Below are positions 8,867 to 16,322 of a stretch of 22,095 bases of DNA, in pieces; positions within the stretch are counted from its first letter, which is position 1; each line of letters begins with the position of its first letter. Under the pieces are notes generated by a model that was not told the DNA's origin, did not search any database, and was given only the letters and a program-made list of their open reading frames with translations. The DNA is from Planctomycetota bacterium. GTDB lineage: Bacteria; Planctomycetota; SZUA-567; H5-PLA8. The stretch is from assembly GCA_045863855.1 (NCBI GenBank), contig BTVV01000103.1, forward strand, positions 1 to 22,095, in the 5' to 3' direction. A program made the translations under genes and the position numbers.

Positions 8867-10234
8867 CTAAAGCGTGGCGGCAGGCTCGCTGGAGCGGCGC
8901 GAACGCGTACGCGCGCGGCGGCGCAGCGTGACGAAGGTCAAGCTCTCGCCCGCCACCTCCACGCGCACCTTCCCGCGCCGCGGCAGCCGGCCGTTAACCA
9001 TCTCGTGCGCCAGCGGCGTCTCGACGTGCCGCTGCAGACTCCGGCGCAGTTCCCGCGCGCCGAAGGCCGCCGAGAAGCCGCGCTCCAGCAGCCAGCCCTG
9101 CGCTTCCGGAGAGAGTTTCACTTCCAGGCCCTGCTTGCGCGCCCGGGCGTCCAACTGTGCCGCGAACTTGTCCAGAATCCGGCCCGCATCCTCGCGGCCC
9201 AGCGAACGGAAGATCACCGTTTCGTCAATGCGGTTCAAGAACTCCGGCTTGAAGCGCTTGCGCAATTCCTCGTGCGTCGCCTCCACGCGCTGCTTGTGCG
9301 GAAGCGCCTCGCGCCGCGCCGACATCCCGAAGCCCAGCCGGTGCTGCAGCGCCTCGGCTTCCTGCGCGCCCAGGTTGCTCGTCAGGACCACGATCGAGTC
9401 CGTGAAATCGATCTTCACGCCCTTCGCGTCGGTCACGAAGCCTTCGTCCATGATCTGCAGCAGCAGGTGATGCACCTTCTCGTCGGCCTTTTCGATCTCG
9501 TCGAAGAGCACCACCTCGGCATTGGCGTCGGCCATCACGCTGCTCAGGTACCCGCCCTGCTCGTGCCCGACGTATCCGGGCGGCGCGCCGATCAGCTTCG
9601 CGTATTCGTGCGGCAGGCTGTACTCGCTGCAATCGATCCGCACCATGCTGCGGCGGTCGCCGTTACCCAGCATTTCGGAAAGCGACTTGGCGAGTTCGGT
9701 CTTGCCCACCCCGGTCTGCCCGACAAAGAGGAATGTGGCCACCGGCCGGTTCGGATCGCGCAAGCCCGCGTGCGCCCGCGCCACCGCCGCCGAAACCAGA
9801 TCCACCGCCTCGTCCTGCCCGACCACCTGCTCGCGCAGCCGCCGCGCCAGTTCCTTCATGCCCATCGGCCGCTCTTCGGGCAACAAGCCCAGCGCCATCC
9901 CCAAGCCCACGCTTCCGGCTTCCATCCCCGGCTCCGTCACCGGCAGAATCACCTTGTGGATATCCAGCCCAGGATTCAGCCCGATGCAGACCTCGTAGAG
10001 CACTTCGCGCAACTGTTCGGCCTTCTCGTTCTGCTGCTCCAGCCGCGCCCGAGCCACATCCGGCAAGCTCACCACGCACTTCGCAAGCACCAAGTCCAAA
10101 TACGAACGCCGGTTCGTGATCGAAGCATCGCGCAGCACGACCTGTAACTCGTCCTGCGAGAAGATGCGAAATCGGACGAAGGCATCCAAACCCTCAACGT
10201 ACTTCATGACCAAACTGGGTTCGAGGCGTATCAT
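8867..10234 (-). CDS. Clp/Hsp100-type AAA+ ATPase with a single D2-type module (AAA_2 + ClpB_D2-small) and an unrecognised N-terminal domain
   Basis: VVGQDEAV, Walker A GQTGVGKT, IDCSEY, pore loop GAPPGYVG, Walker B VVLFDEIEKA, LTSN, PEFLNRID, sensor-2 GARELRR; ATG at 10234 preceded by AAGGA. Confidence 0.9.
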   Translation of the reverse strand: MIRLEPSLVMKYVEGLDAFVRFRIFSQDELQVVLRDASITNRRSYLDLVLAKCVVSLPDVARARLEQQNEKAEQLREVLYEVCIGLNPGLDIHKVILPVTEPGMEAGSVGLGMALGLLPEERPMGMKELARRLREQVVGQDEAVDLVSAAVARAHAGLRDPNRPVATFLFVGQTGVGKTELAKSLSEMLGNGDRRSMVRIDCSEYSLPHEYAKLIGAPPGYVGHEQGGYLSSVMADANAEVVLFDEIEKADEKVHHLLLQIMDEGFVTDAKGVKIDFTDSIVVLTSNLGAQEAEALQHRLGFGMSARREALPHKQRVEATHEELRKRFKPEFLNRIDETVIFRSLGREDAGRILDKFAAQLDARARKQGLEVKLSPEAQGWLLERGFSAAFGARELRRSLQRHVETPLAHEMVNGRLPRRGKVRVEVAGESLTFVTLRRRARTRSRRSSEPAATL

Positions 10235-10288
10235 GAGACCGTTCCTTGCTTGCACGTTGCCGCAAGCTGCGGCACCTAATCAAAATTA

Positions 10289-10305
10289 CGCATAGAGCGT
10301 GCCAA
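10289..10305 (-). promoter_or_regulatory. Putative sigma-54 (-24/-12) promoter of the Clp ATPase gene
   Basis: Minus strand TTGGCACGCTCTATGCG: TGGCACG with correct GG-N10-GC spacing, about 55 nt upstream of the ATG. Confidence 0.65.
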
Positions 10306-10637
10306 AACCCAAACACGCAGCGTGCAGAAATCAGATTGCCATTTTCTCCAAGCAAGAAGGGGCCACGAAAAAAGGTGCCTGATCATTAGCAGCCGTGATA
10401 GTGCGTATTCAGGATATAGGCTGCACCACACTACGATTCCTCCCAAGCTCCAGTGGGGACGCACAGTGCAACGCCGGCGACGCAGGATGCGGCTTCGTCC
10501 AAATGGATCCCCCGGATTCAACTTTACGGCTAATCATGCACACGTGGAACGCGCCTCCTTTTCCCCCTTCAAATTATTGATGTTGCATGCCGAACCGGTA
10601 GGCAGAAGGATGGTTTGGAGTCGCGGGAGTTCCCGGA

Positions 10638-11696
10638 ATGAGCGTTCGGCGTATCGCTTTGAAAGTTACCGAACAAGGCGGTTGTCCGCTGTTGCGGACG
10701 GGGGAACGCTGGATTTTCGAGAACGGCCGCTTGGACGCCGCCGACGGCGCCGTCTGCGCGCATGCGGTCTGTTCGGTCTTTCCCACGCTGGAGCGCATGC
10801 TGGAGTCGGGCACGCCGGGCCAAGCCCTGCCGGAAGCCACGCTGCACTGCAACGGAGCCGGTTGCTCCGTGGCCTTTAGGATTCAAGAGAGCATCGGCGC
10901 CGGCGCCGCGCCGCTCACGGCGCTCTCCGGGCGCCAAGGCGCGGCCTCCGGACCGTTTCTCGCGCGCCTCTCGCCGGTGCTCGCCGGAAAGCTCGTCGCC
11001 GCCGCCAAGCCATCCTCGTATGCGGCGGGCGACTCGATCCTCGAAGAAGGCGTCATGGGCGAAGCGCTGCATGTGATCGGCGACGGCGAAGTGGAAGTCG
11101 TGCGCAAGAACCCGCAGACCGGTCAGGAGACGCTTCTCGCGGTGCTGGGCTGGGGCGAATGCTTCGGCGAAATGTCGCTGGTCACCGGCGAGCCCACCTC
11201 GGCCGCCGTCCGCGCGCGCGGCCCCGTCAAAATCCTGGCCCTCTCGCGGAACAAGCTCGAGGATCTGCTTGCCTCCAGCCCCGAACTGAACCGCATCTTC
11301 GCGCACCTGCTGGCCGACCGCCTGCGCGCGCTGAATCTGACCCTCCAGGCCGAACGCGGGCGCGGCATTCGCGGCAAGCTCTCCATGCTCACCCTCGGCG
11401 ATCTGGTCCAAACGCTCCACGCCAGCCGCCGCACCGGCACCCTGACCATCCACAAGAAGGCCGAGGAAGCGCGGGTGTATTTCGTCGGCGGGCAGATCAA
11501 GGCCGCCGAGTTGGGCGAACACGAGAGCGACGAGGCGTTTTACGACCTCTCGCTCTGGCTCGACGGCGACTTCGCCTTCGCCGAGGGGCAGCCCGTATGG
11601 CCCGAAAGCGCCGCCGTCACGCGCGATACCATGGGTCTGCTGATGGAGTCGCTGCGCCGCTTCGACGAAACCCAGCGCATCCCCAAACGCGACTGA
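10638..11696 (+). CDS. Cys-rich N-domain + cyclic-nucleotide-binding domain + DUF4388 (PatA-N-like) protein
   Basis: N-terminal C-P...CAHAVC...HC-x4-C; cNMP fold (YAAGDSILEEG, GEVEV, GECFGEMSL); C-terminal IRGKLSMLTLGDLVQTLHASRRTGTL...WLDGDFAF...TMGLLMESLRRFDE typical of DUF4388. Confidence 0.85.
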   Translation: MSVRRIALKVTEQGGCPLLRTGERWIFENGRLDAADGAVCAHAVCSVFPTLERMLESGTPGQALPEATLHCNGAGCSVAFRIQESIGAGAAPLTALSGRQGAASGPFLARLSPVLAGKLVAAAKPSSYAAGDSILEEGVMGEALHVIGDGEVEVVRKNPQTGQETLLAVLGWGECFGEMSLVTGEPTSAAVRARGPVKILALSRNKLEDLLASSPELNRIFAHLLADRLRALNLTLQAERGRGIRGKLSMLTLGDLVQTLHASRRTGTLTIHKKAEEARVYFVGGQIKAAELGEHESDEAFYDLSLWLDGDFAFAEGQPVWPESAAVTRDTMGLLMESLRRFDETQRIPKRD

Positions 11697-11702
11697 CTCC
11701 TC

Positions 11703-12581
11703 TTACCTCTCGTTCGGCCGCACGCTGCGCGCGTAATCCCGTGGCGCATACCCGGTCGCCTTTTTGAACGCCCGGCTGAACGCGTGGAGCGACTCGAACC
11801 CGCAGCGCGCGGCGATATCGCCGATCGTTAGCGCCGAATCGCGGAGCAGTTCCTGCGCAAGCGTCGTGCGCCGGGCCCGGGCGTAAGCCATGACGCTGGT
11901 CCCGCTGGCCGCTCGAAACGTGTGCGCCAGGTGGCTGGAGCTGACCGCCAGCGCTCGCGCCAGATCCGAAACGCTCACGTCCAGGCGCGCGGCCAGCCGC
12001 CGCTCGATCTCGGCGCGCGCTTCGTCTACCAGCAGGTGCTGAAAGCGGAGCACATTATCGGCCACGCCGGGGCCTTGCCCCCCCGAGGGTTTCGAACGCG
12101 CACGGCGGATCACGGGAACCAAAAGCGCCACGAGCAGCGCGCTTTGCAGTGCCGCCGTGGCCGTACCGCCGCGGGTGTGTTCGTCGATCAGGCTTTTGAG
12201 CAACGCGCGCTCGTCAGGCTCCAACGTGTACGCGCGCTTGGAGAGTACCGCGGTACCTTCGGGCAGCGGACCCAGTGCGTGAACGGTCACGATGTTCGGC
12301 GCGGGCCCGGGCGCGGCGTAGAGGCTGTGGAATTCGCCGGGCAGCCACGCCAGAAGAGTCCCGGCTTCGGCCAGCAGATCGACCGCCGGTCCGCGCCCGC
12401 CGGAAACGTGGGCATGCACCGCGCCACGGTCAACGTAGCAGAGTTCCAGGCCCGGGTGGCGTTCGCCCGGGAATACGTAATCGGTGCGCTTCTCTTTGAA
12501 GGCCACGCCGCGCACCCACGGCAAGGCGACGCCGGCTTCGTCCGGTCCGGCTACCGACCCTCGCGGCGCGCGGCGTGCCAT
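11703..12581 (-). CDS. AraC-family transcriptional regulator
   Basis: Cupin-like GERHPGLELCYVDRG...PGEFHSL; HTH IAARCGFESLHAFSRAFKKATGYAPRDY. Start taken at ATG 12581 to avoid overlap with the upstream gene. Confidence 0.9.
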   Translation of the reverse strand: MARRAPRGSVAGPDEAGVALPWVRGVAFKEKRTDYVFPGERHPGLELCYVDRGAVHAHVSGGRGPAVDLLAEAGTLLAWLPGEFHSLYAAPGPAPNIVTVHALGPLPEGTAVLSKRAYTLEPDERALLKSLIDEHTRGGTATAALQSALLVALLVPVIRRARSKPSGGQGPGVADNVLRFQHLLVDEARAEIERRLAARLDVSVSDLARALAVSSSHLAHTFRAASGTSVMAYARARRTTLAQELLRDSALTIGDIAARCGFESLHAFSRAFKKATGYAPRDYARSVRPNER

Positions 12582-12603
12582 CGGCAATCGCGTCCGACTC
12601 CGC

Positions 12604-13008
12604 TTACTGCACGACCTTCCAGCGCCCGCCCATGTTCTGCATGCGCAGCTCTTTCTCGCCCCCGTTGGCATCGGCGTAGGTCACCATCGCGATCCCGGCC
12701 ATCGCCATCTTCTGGTGCTTGATGATCTGCGCGCCCTTGTACGACGAGAGTGCCTTGATGAACGACTCTTTATCGGCCGGCTTGTTCAGATCCAGCTTGG
12801 CCAAGTGGGCCGGAACCTCCGCCAGAAACGCCTTGGCCAGCTTCGCATTCCCTTCGCCGATAGCCGCCACGAACGTCTGGAAGCAATAGCCCACGTCAAC
12901 CAAATCCTCTTCCTTCAATGCGTCCAGCGGATCCTTCTCCTGGGCCTGCGCCGCCAGCGGAGCCAGCATCGCACAGCCCACGATCAACAACATCCACATG
13001 CGCAGCAT
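12604..13008 (-). CDS. Small secreted hypothetical protein (possibly NTF2-like)
   Basis: AAGGAGG SD; Sec signal peptide ending LAAQA; C-terminal GGRWKV strand as in NTF2-like/DUF4878-type proteins. Confidence 0.75.
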   Translation of the reverse strand: MLRMWMLLIVGCAMLAPLAAQAQEKDPLDALKEEDLVDVGYCFQTFVAAIGEGNAKLAKAFLAEVPAHLAKLDLNKPADKESFIKALSSYKGAQIIKHQKMAMAGIAMVTYADANGGEKELRMQNMGGRWKVVQ

Positions 13009-13054
13009 CGAACGCCCTCCTTTTGATTGCAGCCGTTTTTCCCGTACCGCCCCG

Positions 13055-13855
13055 CTACGACCCTAACCCGATCCCGCCGTCCACGTTCACGCGCGCACCG
13101 GTAATCCACGCGGCCGCCGGCGAGCTGAGGAATACCGCCATCTCCGCGATCTCCTCCACACTGCCGATCCGGCCCAGCGGGTGCATCTTCGCGCCGCTTT
13201 CCAGCATCGGCTTCACCGCCGCCTTGGGCATCGCCGTCTCGAAGATCGGCGTCTCCACCATCCCCGGCAGGATCGCGTTGACCCGAATCCGTTCGGCGGC
13301 ATGGTCCAACGCCAAGCAACGCGTCAACTGGTCCAGCCCCGCCTTGGCCGCCGAGTACACCGCGAATGCGCGTACCGCGAGGGACGTCACCGAGCTGGAG
13401 ATATTCAAGATGCTCGATCCACCGGCGCCGGCCTGCTTGCGCAATTCGGGCAACGCAGCCTTACTGAGATACAGCGGCCCTTTGAGATCGATGTCGATCA
13501 TTCGTTCTATGGCGTCGCCGGACGTATCCTCCAGCTTGCCGAAGTTCGCGACGCCGGCGTTGTTAACCAGGATGGTCAGCTTGCCGAAGGCTTGAGCGGT
13601 CTCGGCGACCATCCGAGCCGCGTCGGCCGGATTCGAGACATCGCCGGCCACGGCCCTCGCGGAACCACCGGCACGTTCCAATTCGGCCACCGCTTCGGCG
13701 AGCTTCTCCAAACGCCGGCCGGTCAACGCCACCTTCGCACCTTCGCGCACAAAGGCCCGCGCGATGCCCAGTCCGATGCCCGTCCCGCCCCCGGAAATGA
13801 GCGCGACCTGACCCTGCAACGCTTTGCCGTGCGTGCCCGTTATGGCGAACGCCAT
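13055..13855 (-). CDS. Short-chain dehydrogenase/reductase (SDR)
   Basis: SGGGTGIG Rossmann motif, LVNNAG, NISS, YSAAK catalytic motif, IRVNAILPG, VDGG. Confidence 0.95.
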   Translation of the reverse strand: MAFAITGTHGKALQGQVALISGGGTGIGLGIARAFVREGAKVALTGRRLEKLAEAVAELERAGGSARAVAGDVSNPADAARMVAETAQAFGKLTILVNNAGVANFGKLEDTSGDAIERMIDIDLKGPLYLSKAALPELRKQAGAGGSSILNISSSVTSLAVRAFAVYSAAKAGLDQLTRCLALDHAAERIRVNAILPGMVETPIFETAMPKAAVKPMLESGAKMHPLGRIGSVEEIAEMAVFLSSPAAAWITGARVNVDGGIGLGS

Positions 13856-14036
13856 GTCCCGAACCCCCATGCAGCGGATGCATTCAAGCGCGTGGTTTAT
13901 AGCCTTCCCGAGCGCCAAATGCGAGAACCGGTCCAGGCTTGTAAGCCTGATGTAAAGTCTTTCCGGAACGCTCATTTCATGAGAACCGCGGCGCGCTTCA
14001 ACCGTCCTTAGGCATATGGATTATGGAGGACGGCGC

Positions 14037-14948
14037 ATGCACGTGAGCACGAGGGCGCTACTGGCGGTATGGGCTACGGTGAGTTTTTCGGCGGCCGCTT
14101 TAGACGCCGCCGCGCCTGCCGTGCTGGCGGTAACGCTGCGCCGGGATAGCCCCTGGAAGGCGCCGGCGCCGGAAGCGTCCCAAAAGCTGATCGACGAACT
14201 GAAAAAGGACCTTCCGGGCGACCGCTTCCGCATCTACCCGGTGGGACCGTGGGTGGTTGCCACCGACTTGCCGGCCGACGAAGCGCGCGGGTTCGTCGAC
14301 AGCACGCTCCAGATTTACGCCGCCAAAATCCAGCAGCAGCTTTTCAAAACGCCGCGCAGCAGTCCGGTCAAGGTCATGCTCTTCGCCGATGCCGACAGCT
14401 ACACCACGTGGAACGTGAAGCTCTTCGGCGAACGCCCTTCTACGCCCTTCGGCTACTACAGCCGCGCGCGCAACGCGATGGTCATGAACATCGGCACCGG
14501 CGGCGGTACGCTGCTCCACGAGATGGTCCACGCCATGGCCGAAGCCGACTGGCCCGGCATCCCCTCGTGGCTCAACGAAGGCATCGGCAGTCTATTCGAA
14601 GCGAGCACCTGCATGCCTTCGGGAAAAGTCTTCGGCGTGACCAACTGGCGCCTGCGCGGCTTGCAAAAGGATCTGGAAGCCGGCACCGCCACCAAACTCG
14701 CCGACTTGCTCGCGATGGACACGGCGGCCTTTTACGGCGAGCGCAGCGGCGCGAATTACGCCACTTCACGGTATCTGATGCAGTGGCTCCAGGCGCACGG
14801 GAAGTTCGAGGCGTTCTATACCGGCGTGCGCGACCGCGAGGACCACGACGCCGCCGCGGTACTGCGGCAGGTTTTCGAAGATAAGTTCAGCATCGCGGAG
14901 ATCGAAAAGCAGCTCTTCGCCTGGGTCCGCGCGCTCAAGCAGCCTTGA
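14037..14948 (+). CDS. Secreted zinc metallopeptidase-like protein (peptidase MA / DUF1570-like)
   Basis: GGAGG SD before ATG 14037; signal peptide; LLHEMVH (HExxH) followed by PSWLNEGIG. Confidence 0.8.
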   Translation: MHVSTRALLAVWATVSFSAAALDAAAPAVLAVTLRRDSPWKAPAPEASQKLIDELKKDLPGDRFRIYPVGPWVVATDLPADEARGFVDSTLQIYAAKIQQQLFKTPRSSPVKVMLFADADSYTTWNVKLFGERPSTPFGYYSRARNAMVMNIGTGGGTLLHEMVHAMAEADWPGIPSWLNEGIGSLFEASTCMPSGKVFGVTNWRLRGLQKDLEAGTATKLADLLAMDTAAFYGERSGANYATSRYLMQWLQAHGKFEAFYTGVRDREDHDAAAVLRQVFEDKFSIAEIEKQLFAWVRALKQP

Positions 14949-14962
14949 TGGCGCGCGCCGGC

Positions 14963-15250
14963 TCAAACCCCTTCGACGATGAACGCCCGGTAATCCGCGC
15001 CCAGAAAGCGGTGCTCGCGCGCTTCGCGGTACGCCGGACTCTCGTACCAGGCTTTTGCCGCCTCCAGGGTCGGGAATTCCAGGATCACGGCCCCTTCCAT
15101 CGGTGGACCTTCCAGAACCTCCTGGCGGCCGTAGACCGCCAACACCTTCAAGTCGCGGCCCTCGATCGAGGCTCCGGCCTTGGGCGTGTACGTCGCCAGA
15201 TGCTTCGGATCGCGCGTGCGTTCGCGGATAAAGATGGCGTAAGCGGGCAT
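14963..15250 (-). CDS. DUF1330 domain protein
   Basis: MPAYAIF...EVLEG...VILEFPTLEAAKAWYESPAYREAR...IVEG; GGAGG SD. Confidence 0.92.
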   Translation of the reverse strand: MPAYAIFIRERTRDPKHLATYTPKAGASIEGRDLKVLAVYGRQEVLEGPPMEGAVILEFPTLEAAKAWYESPAYREAREHRFLGADYRAFIVEGV

Positions 15251-15380
15251 GGGTGGCGCCTCCTGGAGTTCCCCTGACTCTACGACCCCGCCGCGCGTTC
15301 GCCAACAGGCTAGGAGCCGGCCGAGACGCCGGCGTCTGCTCGTTGTGAGGGTTTAATGCAGATTGATTTAAGCGTGCAGG

Positions 15381-15409
15381 TTGACCCTGTGCGGCGCGTC
15401 CCTCATAAT
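15381..15409 (+). promoter_or_regulatory. Putative sigma-70 promoter for the NifU-hemerythrin gene
   Basis: TTGACC-N17-CATAAT, followed by AGGAGG SD and ATG at 15431. Confidence 0.65.
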
Positions 15410-15430
15410 GAGCGGGCCGAAGGAGGAACG

Positions 15431-16240
15431 ATGCGAGCCAAGGTTCAAGCGGCGCTGGACGAGATCCGGCCCTACATTCAAGCCGATGGCGGCGATGTGG
15501 AACTGGTCAAAGTCGAGGACACCGTCGTGACGGTGCGCCTGATGGGCCATTGCGTCGGCTGCTCGTCGTCCACGGTGACTCTGAAGTCGGGCATCGAAAC
15601 GCATCTCAAGAAGCGCGTGCCCGAAGTGACCGAAGTCGTCCAGTCCATGCCCGCCGAGCCGGTGGCGACGCATCCGCCGCCGACGCCGGGGCAAGTGCAG
15701 CCGTTGCAGAGCCCCTTCGCGCCGCCGCCTTCCGCACCCGCGACGAACGCCGCCGTCACCGCCAACCTGCGCGCCGATCACCGCAAAGCGGAAGAAGTGC
15801 TCCAGGAACTCGACGCCCTCGTCGAGGTCTTGCAGGCGCATCCCGTCAACGCCGAGCAGCTTCGCACGCTCCGCCGCATCAACCAGTTTCTCAGCGTCGA
15901 ACTGGCCGCGCACATGCGCCAGGAAGACGAGGTCCTCTTCCCCGCTCTGGTTCCGTTCATCTCCTGGGGCAGCCCGATGTCGATGATGGCCAAAGAGCAC
16001 CGGCTGCTGCACGAGGAACTCGACCAATTCGGCAAGCTGGTCAACGTCTTGAAGCCCGGCGAGGACGGCAAGGAGCTGGCGCGGCTGGGCAAGCGCATCG
16101 CCCAGCGCCTGCGCGACGATTTCTATCAGGAAGAGAACGTGCTCTTCGTCGAAGCCGACGAGTCGCTGGTCGGCCAGCGCGCCGACGCGCTGCGCGAAGC
16201 GATGAGCCGCATCGCTCAGGCCGAAGCCCGAGCGCACTGA
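15431..16240 (+). CDS. NifU/Nfu domain - hemerythrin-like domain fusion
   Basis: LDEIRPYIQADGGDVEL...LMGHCVGCSSSTVTLKSGIE (Nfu CxxC); Pro-rich linker; DHR / HMRQEDEVLFP / EHR / QEENVLF hemerythrin repeats. Confidence 0.88.
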   Translation: MRAKVQAALDEIRPYIQADGGDVELVKVEDTVVTVRLMGHCVGCSSSTVTLKSGIETHLKKRVPEVTEVVQSMPAEPVATHPPPTPGQVQPLQSPFAPPPSAPATNAAVTANLRADHRKAEEVLQELDALVEVLQAHPVNAEQLRTLRRINQFLSVELAAHMRQEDEVLFPALVPFISWGSPMSMMAKEHRLLHEELDQFGKLVNVLKPGEDGKELARLGKRIAQRLRDDFYQEENVLFVEADESLVGQRADALREAMSRIAQAEARAH

Positions 16241-16265
16241 TTCGCAATCACTTCCGCATGCAAGA

Positions 16266-16294
16266 AAGCGGGCAGCCCCTTGGGCTGCCCGCTT
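16266..16294. terminator. Hairpin terminator between convergent genes
   Basis: Perfect 13-bp stem AAGCGGGCAGCCC-ctt-GGGCTGCCCGCTT with pyrimidine-rich tails on both strands. Confidence 0.75.
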
Positions 16295-16322
16295 CCGTTC
16301 CAGCCTCAGCCCGGAGCTTTTC

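Noticed and set aside
10276..10879. Small ORFs in the Clp/cNMP intergenic region
   Set aside because: Atypical codon usage, no clear SD or motifs, and overlap with the promoter or the real gene.
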